Shown here in pieces: positions 1 to 9,828 of a stretch of DNA of 64,000 nt. A program made the translations under genes and the position numbers. The notes beneath the pieces are model-generated. The model did not search any database and was not told the DNA's origin. It saw only the letters and a list, made by a program, of their open reading frames with translations. Every line of letters begins with the position of its first letter. Position 1 is the first letter of the stretch. Source of the stretch: Promethearchaeia archaeon (GTDB taxonomy: Archaea; Asgardarchaeota; Lokiarchaeia; Sigyniarchaeales; SOKP01); assembly GCA_029856235.1 (NCBI GenBank), contig JAHQWP010000221.1:3507-67506 (forward strand). Direction: 5' to 3'.

Positions 1-830
1 CACTTGCTCACCCCTTAAATGATATGTTAAATTTAAATCGATTCATTTTTTGTCCGGGTTGTTTAATTGGAACGGTAATTACATCAATTGCAAGTTGTTT
101 AAAAGAAAGAGGTCTTACATCTAAAGATTACGCCATAGTATCTGGTATAGGATGTACTGGTCGATCAAGTGGATGCTTTAAAGCACCAGCCTTCCATACT
201 ACACATGGGAGAGCTATACCTTTTGCTACGGGTATAAAATTAGCAAATCCTAAATTAAAGGTTATAGTTCTATCGGGAGATGGAGATCTTTTTGCTATAG
301 GTGGGAATCATTTTATCCATGCTGCTAGAAGAAATATAGAGATAACAGTTCTCTGTATAAATAACAATATATATGGAATGACTGGAGGACAAGTAGCCCC
401 AACAACTCAAATTGGAGACATCACCCAAACAACACCTTATGGAAATGTGGAATCTCCTTTCAATTTAGTAAATCTAGCGGCGGCGTCAGGAGCGACATAT
501 GTTGCTAGATGGCCTGGATATGACACAATTCGATTACAAAAAAGTATTTTTAAATCTATAGACAATCAAGGATTTAGCTTTATAGAAGTGCTTGCTCCTT
601 GTTTTGTTCAATACGGTTCTAAAAATAAATTAGGCGATGCTGTAGAGATACTAGAATGGTTAAAAAAACAAATTAAAATTAAAGTTGATTGGGCCCCTAG
701 TGAAGCAACTTTTGATTTCAAGAGAGGGATTATAATATGCGGGGAATTTGTTGAGGAGACTCGGGAAGGATTTAGCGAAAAAATAGAACAAGTACGAATT
801 AAAGCACAAGATAAGAAAATTAATAATTGA
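1..830 (+). CDS. korB: 2-oxoacid:ferredoxin oxidoreductase beta subunit (5'-truncated by window edge)
   Basis: FCPGC, SGIGCTGR, HTTHGRA, SGDGD...NNNIYGMTGGQ TPP motif; frame is open upstream of ATG 24 (LAHPLND). Confidence 0.88.
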   Translation, partial: LAHPLNDMLNLNRFIFCPGCLIGTVITSIASCLKERGLTSKDYAIVSGIGCTGRSSGCFKAPAFHTTHGRAIPFATGIKLANPKLKVIVLSGDGDLFAIGGNHFIHAARRNIEITVLCINNNIYGMTGGQVAPTTQIGDITQTTPYGNVESPFNLVNLAAASGATYVARWPGYDTIRLQKSIFKSIDNQGFSFIEVLAPCFVQYGSKNKLGDAVEILEWLKKQIKIKVDWAPSEATFDFKRGIIICGEFVEETREGFSEKIEQVRIKAQDKKINN

Positions 831-851
831 ATTAAAGGTAGTATTTAAAAT

Positions 852-3203
852 ATGACTGAAAGTGCTGATAAACCTAGACTCGAACCAAAAATTGGGGTTT
901 TTCTATGTAAATGTGGAAAAAATATTGGCGGAACTGTTGATATTGATCAATTAGCAAAAGAAATTGAAGGAGATCCAAGGGTCAAACTAGTTCAAGTTAA
1001 TACATATACGTGTTCTGATCCGGGGCAAGTAGAAATAGTAAACGCAATTAACGAGCAAGGTATAGAGAAGATAGTTATAGCAGCATGCTCACCAAGATTA
1101 CATGGTCCAACATGGAAAAAACTTTTAAGAGGAACTGGAATAAATCCTTCCTTGGTAGAAGTAGCTAATATCCGAGAACAATGTAGTTGGGTACATCTTT
1201 CAGAGAAAGAAGAAGCGACTAAAAAGGCAAAAGAAATCCTTGAAATGGCAATCGCTAAAGCTGAATTATTAGAAGCAATTGATGATATCGTTGTTCCTAT
1301 TACACAAAGAGTCTTAATCATTGGAGGAGGCGTAGCAGGAATTCAAGCTGCGTTAGATTTAGCTGATGATTACGAAGTTATCCTTGTTGAAAAAGCACCT
1401 ACTATTGGAGGAAAGATGGCTCTCATCGATAAAACTTTTCCAACAATGGATTGTTCAATCTGTATATTAGGACCTAAAATGGCTGATGTAGGTAATCATG
1501 AAAATATTAATTTAATTTCTTGTGCTGAAGTTACAGCTATATCTGGATATGTCGGTAATTTTGAAGTCACAATTAAAAAATATCCACGCTATATAGATGA
1601 AAACCTCTGTACTGCGTGCGGAGATTGTGTTGCAATCTGCCCTGAAAACGTTGTTGATGAGTATTCTGGCAACTTGGGTTGGAGAAAAGCAATATATATT
1701 CCATATCCACAAGCAGTCCCAGCAATTTATATAATTGATGAAAAGAACTGTTTAGGCCTCACGCCTCTGACCTGTGGAAAATGCGTTTCTGAATGCGAAA
1801 AAGAAGCCATAAATTACGAGGATTCCGAAAAGATTTTTAATTATAAAGTAGGTAGTATTATTATCGCAACAGGTTTCGAGCTTTTTGATGCCTCTAAACT
1901 CCCAGAATATGGATGGGGTAATTATTCTAACGTTATAACAACCTTTGAATTCGAAAGGTTAATTAATGCTGCGGGACCAACGAATGGAGAACTTGTACGT
2001 CCTAGCGATCTTAAAAAGCCAAAAAGAGTTGCTTTTATTAATTGTGTAGGATCGCGTGACAAGAGATTTAATCCATACTGTTCCAACTTCTGTTGTATGG
2101 AAAGTATAAAAGATAGCCTTTTAATTAAAGAACACTGGCCTGATGTTGAGGTTGCAATATTCTTTATTGACATTAGGGCTTTTGGTAAAGGATTTGAAGA
2201 ATTATATTCACGATCAAGAGAAGAGGGTGTTCTATATATACGTGGACGTCCTGGTCAAATTAAAGAAGACCCCCTTACTAATAATCTTAATGTTTATGTT
2301 GAAAATATAAACAATGGTACAATTCTCTCTGAAAACTTTGATTTAGTAGTCCTTTCTATAGGAGTCGAAGGTTCTTCAGAATCTATTCCCTTTCCTATTG
2401 CTAAGGATTCAAAAGGGTTTTACATTGAAGCACATCCTAAACTTCGACCTGTAGATACTCCAAATGATGGTATTTTCATTGCTGGAGGCGCAGAATCACC
2501 AAAGGATATTAGAGATACTGTTACCCAGGCAAGTGCTGCAGCTGGTCGCTGTGGAAATCTGCTTTCAAGAGAAGAGTTCCATGTAGAACCTTTATATGCA
2601 TTTGTGGATATAGATAAGTGTACTAGTTGTGGGATTTGTGTATCTCGTTGTCCTTACGGTGCTATTAGTGTTGATCCAGATAAAAAAACACCTGCCCGCA
2701 TTATTCCAGTGTTGTGTAAAGGTTGTGGGACCTGTGCTGCAGATTGCCCCTCAAATGCTATTACCATGACAAATTTTACAGATATCATGATTCTCAGACA
2801 AATTGATATAGCTCTTCGTGAGGATGCCTCAAAAAAAGTGTTAATTTTTGCTTGTAATTGGTGTTCGTATGCTGGAGCGGATTTAGCAGGAACAAGTCGA
2901 ATCCAGTACCCGACTAATACAAGAATTGTTAGAATGATGTGTTCCGGACGAGTGAATCCTTCTTTTATTAAACACTGTTTTAACCGCGGAGCTGGAGCTG
3001 TTATGTTGACTGGATGTCATCCACAAGATTGCCATTATATCTCTGGAAATGACTTTGCCATAAAACGAGAAAAAAAAATTAGAAGTTGGATGAAGAAAAA
3101 TAAAATTTCTGATGAGAGATTTGTCATTGAATATATCTCTGCAGCAGAAGGAAAAAAATTTGCCGATGTAGTCTCGCAAGTAAGTAAAATAGCTTCAAAA
3201 TAG
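852..3203 (+). CDS. hdrA: Heterodisulfide reductase subunit A fused to a C-terminal MvhD (hydrogenase delta) domain
   Basis: FLCKCG, ACSPRLH, NIREQCSWVH, GGGVAG FAD motif, FPTMDCSICI, CVGSRD..YCSNFCC, ferredoxin motifs; C-terminal FACNWCSYAGAD, MCSGRV, GCHPQDCHY (MvhD). Confidence 0.93.
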   Translation: MTESADKPRLEPKIGVFLCKCGKNIGGTVDIDQLAKEIEGDPRVKLVQVNTYTCSDPGQVEIVNAINEQGIEKIVIAACSPRLHGPTWKKLLRGTGINPSLVEVANIREQCSWVHLSEKEEATKKAKEILEMAIAKAELLEAIDDIVVPITQRVLIIGGGVAGIQAALDLADDYEVILVEKAPTIGGKMALIDKTFPTMDCSICILGPKMADVGNHENINLISCAEVTAISGYVGNFEVTIKKYPRYIDENLCTACGDCVAICPENVVDEYSGNLGWRKAIYIPYPQAVPAIYIIDEKNCLGLTPLTCGKCVSECEKEAINYEDSEKIFNYKVGSIIIATGFELFDASKLPEYGWGNYSNVITTFEFERLINAAGPTNGELVRPSDLKKPKRVAFINCVGSRDKRFNPYCSNFCCMESIKDSLLIKEHWPDVEVAIFFIDIRAFGKGFEELYSRSREEGVLYIRGRPGQIKEDPLTNNLNVYVENINNGTILSENFDLVVLSIGVEGSSESIPFPIAKDSKGFYIEAHPKLRPVDTPNDGIFIAGGAESPKDIRDTVTQASAAAGRCGNLLSREEFHVEPLYAFVDIDKCTSCGICVSRCPYGAISVDPDKKTPARIIPVLCKGCGTCAADCPSNAITMTNFTDIMILRQIDIALREDASKKVLIFACNWCSYAGADLAGTSRIQYPTNTRIVRMMCSGRVNPSFIKHCFNRGAGAVMLTGCHPQDCHYISGNDFAIKREKKIRSWMKKNKISDERFVIEYISAAEGKKFADVVSQVSKIASK

Positions 3204-3362
3204 AAATGAAAAAATAAGTCTTTGGGGAATACAGAAGTTCTCAAATCTTTTAATCCAGAAGCTGTAGTATAGTCGAATTATTTTACAAAAATGTAAAGTC
3301 TTTTATACCCGAGGATAATATATTATATTACTATCGATTTGATAGTAAAGGTGAAAATTGTA

Positions 3363-3671
3363 ATGTTGTTTATTGTATATTATGAATTCAATCCAAATTT
3401 AGATCCCGAAGATATGTTCACTGCATATCAAAAAATTGCTGAAGCTGAAATTGATCTTGGAAACTCGGAAACAAAAAGTTGGTACATGACTCCAGAACAT
3501 TGGGGTGTAGCAATTATAGAGAGCGATAGTGTCGATTCATTTATGAAAAATGCTTATATGTGGAGAGTAGCACTTCCAGGTATCTTTAAAACTTATAATG
3601 TAGCCCCTGTTGCAGAAGTAGAAGAGATAGTTCCAATTCTGGCTAAAATGATGAGAAAAATTAATAAGTAA
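3363..3671 (+). CDS. Small hypothetical protein, DUF3303-like alpha/beta barrel
   Basis: ATG 3363 follows AAGGTGA RBS; MLFIVYYEF...W...GVAIIESDS...VAPVAE pattern. Confidence 0.55.
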   Translation: MLFIVYYEFNPNLDPEDMFTAYQKIAEAEIDLGNSETKSWYMTPEHWGVAIIESDSVDSFMKNAYMWRVALPGIFKTYNVAPVAEVEEIVPILAKMMRKINK

Positions 3672-3703
3672 TCAACTTTCAGAGAAAAATTTTCTCTTTT
3701 TTT

Positions 3704-5143
3704 TTATACTTTTTTATTTGATTTTTTTTTGAAGAATTCAGATATTTTTGGTAATAATGGTAGAAATTCTTGTGGATCTCCGAAAATGGTTATTTTATTT
3801 TCTTTAATTTTAGTCAGCAAGTTACTAATTGTTTTCGGACGAGTAAGATGATGTGTAATTAAAATTAACGGTTTATTATGTTTGTGTCCTAAGGATAGGC
3901 TCTCAAAAACAACATTGAAAAAAGCCTGAGTATCTTTTATCCTAGGTGGCAATGTAAGGTAAAAACCAGGTAAATCCATAACTAAACCATCAATATTTTT
4001 ATCTGATAATACAATACCAATAACTTCCTTAACGGTATCTATAGCAAAAAATTGGGCTGCGAAATCAAGTGGGTTATTAGGGCTTGTTCCAACCATAAAA
4101 AACTTTTTTGAAATCTCACTTTGTATATTAGGGGAAAATGGGGGAACTTCTAAACCTGACTTCTCAATTAAATCGGCTAAAACTACTCCATAACCTCCAG
4201 ATATACTTATTACTGCTAAATTTTGTAGTTTAAAACTTCCGTAACAATCAATTAAACGAGCTGTATGAAGTAACTGTTCTAAAGAATCAACTTCGATGAT
4301 GTTATATTGACGAAAGAAATTTTTCCAGATTTTATTATTCCCCGATATTGAAGCTGTGTGAGTTTTGGCTGCAATAGCTCCTATTTCGCTTTGTCCCCCT
4401 TTGAGAACTATTATAGGCTTGGTATTATTCTTAAGAATTCCTTTAAGCGTATCTATCCGACCTTCTTTAATTCCTTCGAGATAACATAATATAATTTCTG
4501 TTTCTGGGTCGTTTATTAAAAAAGAGAGAAGGTCAACAAAATCTAAATTAGCACCATTTCCATACGAAAAGACTTTAGAGAAATTAATACCCAATTCAAT
4601 AGAGGAATAAATAGCAATATTGCATATTCCTCCAGATTGAGCAATAAATCCAATGTTTCCAGTAACTGATGGGAATCCTGTACGCCAAGCAATTCCTAGT
4701 TTAGGATAGAATAACCCTAATCCATTCGGTCCTAAAATTTTTACTTTATTTTTAGCTCTTCTTAATAATTCTTTTTCCAACTCAAAACCTTCCTCTGTTC
4801 CAGCATCTGAAAACTCTGATGTAAAAACCGTAACCAATTTTACTCCTTTTTCTACACATTCATCCATTACTTCCAAGACTTTTTTTGCTGGAATTGCGAT
4901 AAAAGCGAAGTCTATCGCTTCTGGAATCTCTAGGATTGAAGAATAAATTTTATCTTTAGGGAAATTAGGTATCTCCTCTGCGCTAGTATGTACAGCGTAT
5001 AGGTTGCCTTTAAAAGCATATTGATGGTTCCTTAAAAAGAAATAATCCCTCTTTTTTGATGCTCCAATAATAGCAATTGATCTTATATCATTAATAAAGG
5101 AGATATCTTTTACAACGATGTCTTTTTTCTTTATGATGTCCAT
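3704..5143 (-). CDS. ADP-forming acyl-CoA synthetase, alpha subunit
   Basis: SIAIIGAS, ILGPNGLG, IAQSGG, CYLEG, VLKGG, KTHTASISG phospho-His, NNPLD; ATG 5143 preferred as start. Confidence 0.85.
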   Translation of the reverse strand: MDIIKKKDIVVKDISFINDIRSIAIIGASKKRDYFFLRNHQYAFKGNLYAVHTSAEEIPNFPKDKIYSSILEIPEAIDFAFIAIPAKKVLEVMDECVEKGVKLVTVFTSEFSDAGTEEGFELEKELLRRAKNKVKILGPNGLGLFYPKLGIAWRTGFPSVTGNIGFIAQSGGICNIAIYSSIELGINFSKVFSYGNGANLDFVDLLSFLINDPETEIILCYLEGIKEGRIDTLKGILKNNTKPIIVLKGGQSEIGAIAAKTHTASISGNNKIWKNFFRQYNIIEVDSLEQLLHTARLIDCYGSFKLQNLAVISISGGYGVVLADLIEKSGLEVPPFSPNIQSEISKKFFMVGTSPNNPLDFAAQFFAIDTVKEVIGIVLSDKNIDGLVMDLPGFYLTLPPRIKDTQAFFNVVFESLSLGHKHNKPLILITHHLTRPKTISNLLTKIKENKITIFGDPQEFLPLLPKISEFFKKKSNKKV

Positions 5144-5341
5144 TGATATTTTAAAATTAAAGATTAGATTAATAGTTTCTAGAAAAATAGGACAATTATT
5201 ATAGAAGGAAGTCAATTCTAGCTACTGAATAAACGCTCGTATTAAAAAAAAAATGATTTATATAGAAAATATATAATAACTGTAGATGATAAAAATAACA
5301 TAAAATGTTAAAAAACCTCTAATTTTCAAGGTGAAGATCAA

Positions 5342-6262
5342 TTGTTTACTAAGCCAATTCGTCGCATGATTCGTGATCTACATCTAGATAAAACATCTGG
5401 AGCAAGTGAGCTAATTAAAGCTGCTCTTGAAATATTGAAAGCTCAGTTAGATTCTATAAAAAACCCGTATATGGATATTAAAGACATCATCCTTGAATTA
5501 TCTCGGGAATTACTAAATGTACGTCCTAGCATGGCACCTATAATCAACACAATAGGCTATTTCTTTCATGATCTGAAATCCTACACTAAAAAAGATCTTC
5601 TTGAAAGATACATTAACTTTCCTCAAAAGAGGGAAAAAAGGGAAAATGTTTTATTATCATACTTTCATTCATTCTTAAACAATTATAAGGGAAAGCACCT
5701 GAATGTTATGTTAATTTCTTACAGTACAACAATTATTAAATGTTTAAAAGAAGCAAAAACGAAGAATTTCACTTTTTATATTCTAGAGGCTCGCCCTTTA
5801 CTGGAAGGGCGTAGAACTGCGGAAATATTATCTTCCGATTTTGAGACTCATCTAATTACGGACTCCTCAATGGGAAAATTCATTGATTCGATTGATATTG
5901 TTCTATTAGGTATTGACAGTATACTACGAGATGGCTCTATTGTAAACAAAATAGGTAGTCATCCTTTAGCGTGTATAGCTGCTGATAACAACAAAGAGGT
6001 TTACGCGATTGGGGATTCATATAAATACAACCTAAAAAGCCATTTTGGTCAAGAAATAATCGTCGAAGACAAGCCAATTTATGAGGTTTATAGTAAAAAA
6101 ATAAAAAAAAAGTTATTTCATGTCCATAATTACTATTTCGATACAACACCTTCAAAATATCTAAATGGAATTATCTCTGATTTAGGTGTGTTAGCAATAC
6201 CAGATTTCTTGAAAGAAGTTGTAAATACTATTCCATTAGACTGGTTTAAATCTTTTCTTTAA
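5342..6262 (+). CDS. eIF2B alpha/beta/delta-family protein (aIF2B-like)
   Basis: RPSMAP, SYSTT, LEARPLLEG, GIDSILRDGSIVNKIGS, NYYFDTTP; TTG start after AAGGTGA. Confidence 0.85.
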   Translation: MFTKPIRRMIRDLHLDKTSGASELIKAALEILKAQLDSIKNPYMDIKDIILELSRELLNVRPSMAPIINTIGYFFHDLKSYTKKDLLERYINFPQKREKRENVLLSYFHSFLNNYKGKHLNVMLISYSTTIIKCLKEAKTKNFTFYILEARPLLEGRRTAEILSSDFETHLITDSSMGKFIDSIDIVLLGIDSILRDGSIVNKIGSHPLACIAADNNKEVYAIGDSYKYNLKSHFGQEIIVEDKPIYEVYSKKIKKKLFHVHNYYFDTTPSKYLNGIISDLGVLAIPDFLKEVVNTIPLDWFKSFL

Positions 6263-6281
6263 GGTAAGGGGTGACTGTAAT

Positions 6282-7253
6282 TTGGAAGATTGGAAAACAA
6301 AGTTTAATTATGATCCATTAACTCCACTTATTTATAGTAAAAATGACGCAATTTTATATTTCACTAAACGAGATCTACTAGAAAAAGAAGTTAAATCCAT
6401 TGAAAATTTGTGGTCCTTACAACCCGCAATCGAGATTATTAGCAAACAACAAGAAGAAGGGTATTGGAGGTATCCTGCGTGGAAAACTAAGTTAAGTGAG
6501 CCAGAAAATTATAATCTTCTTGAAACATACAGACAATTAGGTTTTCTCGTCGAAAAATATGGTTTTAATAGAGGACATGAGGCGATTAAAAAAGCTGCTG
6601 AATATATTTTCTCTTGTCAATCGGATGAAGGAGATATTAGGGGATTTTACGGAACTCAATACAGCCCCAATTATACAGCAGCAGTAACTGAATTGCTAAT
6701 TAAATCAGGATATGAGAATGATCAACGCATTGAGAATATTCTTAAATGGTTATTATCCATGCGTCAGGATGATGGAGGTTGGGCTATTGCAATGCGAACA
6801 AATGACGCCAAATACCTTGATATCGTGAGTAGCCCTATTAAATTTGAACCTAATAGAAAGAAATCCTTCTCCCATATGGTGACTGGGATAGTAATTAGAG
6901 CATTCGCTGCACATTCTAAATATAAAAATAATGAGTCTGTAAAAGCAGCCGCTGAACTTTTAACTTCGCGATTCTTTAAATCTGATAAATACCCCGATCG
7001 CAGAGGAGTAGAATATTGGACAAAGGTATCATTCCCATTTTGGTGGACTGACATCGTATCTTCGCTTGATTCTCTCTCTAATCTAAGTTTTTCTATAACT
7101 CATCCGCAAATAAAATTAGCACTTGAGACATTGAGAGATAAACAATCAGAGAACGGAATGTGGGACTTGAAATTGTTAAAAGGAAAAGATAAAAATCTTT
7201 CTTTATGGATCAATTTAGCTATCTGTCGAATAGTTAAGCGCCTTTACGCTTGA
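6282..7253 (+). CDS. Prenyltransferase/squalene-cyclase-repeat (alpha/alpha toroid) protein
   Basis: Repeated QxxxGxW motifs (QQEEGYW, QSDEGDI, QDDGGW, QSENGMW); probably co-transcribed with the upstream gene. Confidence 0.7.
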   Translation: MEDWKTKFNYDPLTPLIYSKNDAILYFTKRDLLEKEVKSIENLWSLQPAIEIISKQQEEGYWRYPAWKTKLSEPENYNLLETYRQLGFLVEKYGFNRGHEAIKKAAEYIFSCQSDEGDIRGFYGTQYSPNYTAAVTELLIKSGYENDQRIENILKWLLSMRQDDGGWAIAMRTNDAKYLDIVSSPIKFEPNRKKSFSHMVTGIVIRAFAAHSKYKNNESVKAAAELLTSRFFKSDKYPDRRGVEYWTKVSFPFWWTDIVSSLDSLSNLSFSITHPQIKLALETLRDKQSENGMWDLKLLKGKDKNLSLWINLAICRIVKRLYA

Positions 7254-7263
7254 TTATGCAAAG

Positions 7264-8655
7264 TTATAAATCTACTTTTTCAGTCATGTAAGGTTTTAAG
7301 GTCTTTATCGCAATCGCGTAAAGAGGTATTACACTTAATTCGATAAATATTGAAATTAGGAAAGGAGCAAATGGAGCTATGTTATCATACGCAAATCCTC
7401 CTATTATAGGTCCCAAAGCCGCACCAAATAAGCTTAACCATTGTGCCGCGCCAAAAATCTTTCCACGATGAATTTTTGATATGCGACTAAGAATATTTTG
7501 TAAAATCAAGTTACCTCCCCACGCAAAAGTTGAGTCGAAGAGTAAAAGAAGTCCAAACAACCAGCCCGATGTTGAATTAATTATTAACCATGTTACGAAA
7601 GCACCTAAACTACTCACAATAGCCATCCCTAAAACAAGATTAATTCTATCAGCAATCTTGCCTAATTTAGGTGCTAATAAAAGTGAGATAATTTGACTCG
7701 GAAAATAGATTATCATTATAAGAGTTGGATCTATAACACCTAATTCGTCGTATAAATACACTTGAAAGTATGGATACGCTAACATTTGATTAATGTTGCT
7801 AGTCATAAAAGCAAGGAGTAAGACACTGAAACCGATGAAGAATCCAATAGCTAAATTATTTCTGGATTTCAGAGGTGTGTCAGATATTACTGGTTCCTTG
7901 GAAACTACACTTGGTTCGACGGAAGATGGAAATAAATTAAATATATGTTTATCAAATGTTAAATTTTCATCCACTTTCGCATGGAAAATAAATCCTCCAA
8001 ATACATTTGATGCAGCAAATAATATAAGAGGAGAATAAACTAAAAAGAGATTTTCCGGAACAAATGTATTCGCCAACCAAAATATTATAAAACTTATGAT
8101 TGATCCAATAGCGTTTCCTTTTCCGATCATTCCACCACGTTTTCCAAAAGCAGAAGAACGATTAGCTTTGTTTGATTTTTCAGATATCAATGTATCTAAT
8201 GGTGTCCAAAAAAATCCAACAAAAAATCCTAAAACAAACATACCTGCAGTAAATAACACGAAAGAAGAAACGAGAATTCCGATATACATCAGGATATAAC
8301 AAGCAGCACGACCAAAACTGCCTATTAGGATTAACACTTTCCTTGAGATTCGGTCTGTTAAGAAACCTACTATGGGCGCACTAAGTAAACCCCCTATGGT
8401 CTGTATTGAAAAGGCGACTCCTAATTCTGTTTTTGAAACTCCTAATAATTGAACTGTAACATAAGGGATTAGAAATGAAAAGAAAAAGAATCCCATGCTA
8501 TTCCAAAAGATAATCCTTATCATCGGAATAAAATCAGGAGTCATTTTCACATTATTTTGATCTTCATGCTCATTAAAGTTATCGTTGTCTAATTTTCCCT
8601 CATTGGAAGTGCTTATCTTATCAGAACGACTTTTAAGATGGGAATTTTTTACCAA
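7264..8655 (-). CDS. MFS transporter
   Basis: About 12 TM segments; GFLTDRISRK motif A. Confidence 0.88.
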   Translation of the reverse strand: MVKNSHLKSRSDKISTSNEGKLDNDNFNEHEDQNNVKMTPDFIPMIRIIFWNSMGFFFFSFLIPYVTVQLLGVSKTELGVAFSIQTIGGLLSAPIVGFLTDRISRKVLILIGSFGRAACYILMYIGILVSSFVLFTAGMFVLGFFVGFFWTPLDTLISEKSNKANRSSAFGKRGGMIGKGNAIGSIISFIIFWLANTFVPENLFLVYSPLILFAASNVFGGFIFHAKVDENLTFDKHIFNLFPSSVEPSVVSKEPVISDTPLKSRNNLAIGFFIGFSVLLLAFMTSNINQMLAYPYFQVYLYDELGVIDPTLIMIIYFPSQIISLLLAPKLGKIADRINLVLGMAIVSSLGAFVTWLIINSTSGWLFGLLLLFDSTFAWGGNLILQNILSRISKIHRGKIFGAAQWLSLFGAALGPIIGGFAYDNIAPFAPFLISIFIELSVIPLYAIAIKTLKPYMTEKVDL

Positions 8656-8825
8656 GTAAGTAACACCATTGTTGCTATTATATTTGTAAAAGAGCCATAT
8701 CCTAAATACATTATCATTTCAGCACAAAATAGTATCTTATAGATTAAAGGGAATAAACTTTTTTTGGTTGGAATACTAATCTTATTACAATTTGTAATTT
8801 TGAAAATAAAAATGTGAAAATTCAA

Positions 8826-9827
8826 ATGTTAACATCAGAACACATTAAAGAAATTTTAAAGGATCATACAATTAATCTACGATTCCATGCACGTGGAGGA
8901 CAAGGAGGTGTAACGGCTTCGAATCTCTGTGTGGAAGCGTTTTATGGATACGGAGTTTGTCAGCCAAAATTTGGTGCGGAACGTATGGGAAGTCCTACTG
9001 AAAGCTATGTTAGACTTTCTGCGAATGTCGATCTAGTAAGATCAAACGAACAGGTATACGGACCTCACTTTGTTTCTGTTTTAGACGCTTCTTTGTTATC
9101 TGAAGTAGACGTAACCGCAGGTATCCCAAAAGGAGGGTGGTTAATTGTCAATACGGAGATGGATCAATTAATGATTCAAGATACAGTTAAACGCAAGGAT
9201 ATAAATATCGCGACTATAGATGCAACTCGAATTGCTCTTGAAGTTTTAGGGAGAAATATTACGAATACTATTATATTAGGGGCTTTAATTCGCGTATCTC
9301 ATCTATTTACGCTTGAAGAGCTATCTGATGCGATAATGAAGCGGTTTAAAGGAGAATTAGCTGGAAAAAATATTCAAGCTATTAAGCAGGCGATTGAAGA
9401 AACATGTATTTATGATATGGAAATCGAACCAGATTTCACCGTTGACAGCAAAGTTCCATGGCAACAAGTTGAATTAGGATTACCGGGCTATAAGGACTTG
9501 GATAAAGCAGGAGTATGGTATCGAGATGAACAAATCATTCCTGTAGGAAGCGACCAAGTGAATACGGGTACTTGGGGTGAATGGGAAGTATTATGGGATG
9601 AGGAAACCTGCACTGATTGTGCTCTTTGTTGGCACATTTGTCCTGATTTTGCTATAATAAGAAAAAAAGGCGAAGATGGATTATGGCACATGGCAGGAAT
9701 TGACGCATTTCATTGTAAATCCTGTTTAAATTGTTTGGAAATTTGTCCTGTAAATGCAATTGATAAAAAAATGAAACAGGGACCTGCAGCTTGTGCAGTA
9801 CCCGAAGATCAAGAAGGAGGTAATTAA
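8826..9827 (+). CDS. Pyruvate/2-oxoacid:ferredoxin oxidoreductase gamma-delta fusion
   Basis: RFHARGGQG, FGAERMGSP, NTIILGA (gamma); TGTW, CTDCALCWHICP, CKSCLNCLEICP (delta, 2x4Fe-4S). Confidence 0.88.
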   Translation: MLTSEHIKEILKDHTINLRFHARGGQGGVTASNLCVEAFYGYGVCQPKFGAERMGSPTESYVRLSANVDLVRSNEQVYGPHFVSVLDASLLSEVDVTAGIPKGGWLIVNTEMDQLMIQDTVKRKDINIATIDATRIALEVLGRNITNTIILGALIRVSHLFTLEELSDAIMKRFKGELAGKNIQAIKQAIEETCIYDMEIEPDFTVDSKVPWQQVELGLPGYKDLDKAGVWYRDEQIIPVGSDQVNTGTWGEWEVLWDEETCTDCALCWHICPDFAIIRKKGEDGLWHMAGIDAFHCKSCLNCLEICPVNAIDKKMKQGPAACAVPEDQEGGN

Positions 9828-9828
9828 A

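Noticed and set aside
3204-3262. Possible SECIS element after hdrA-mvhD (ATGA plus a weak stem)
   Set aside because: The gene has no in-frame TGA, and the stem is weak with no clear kink-turn geometry.
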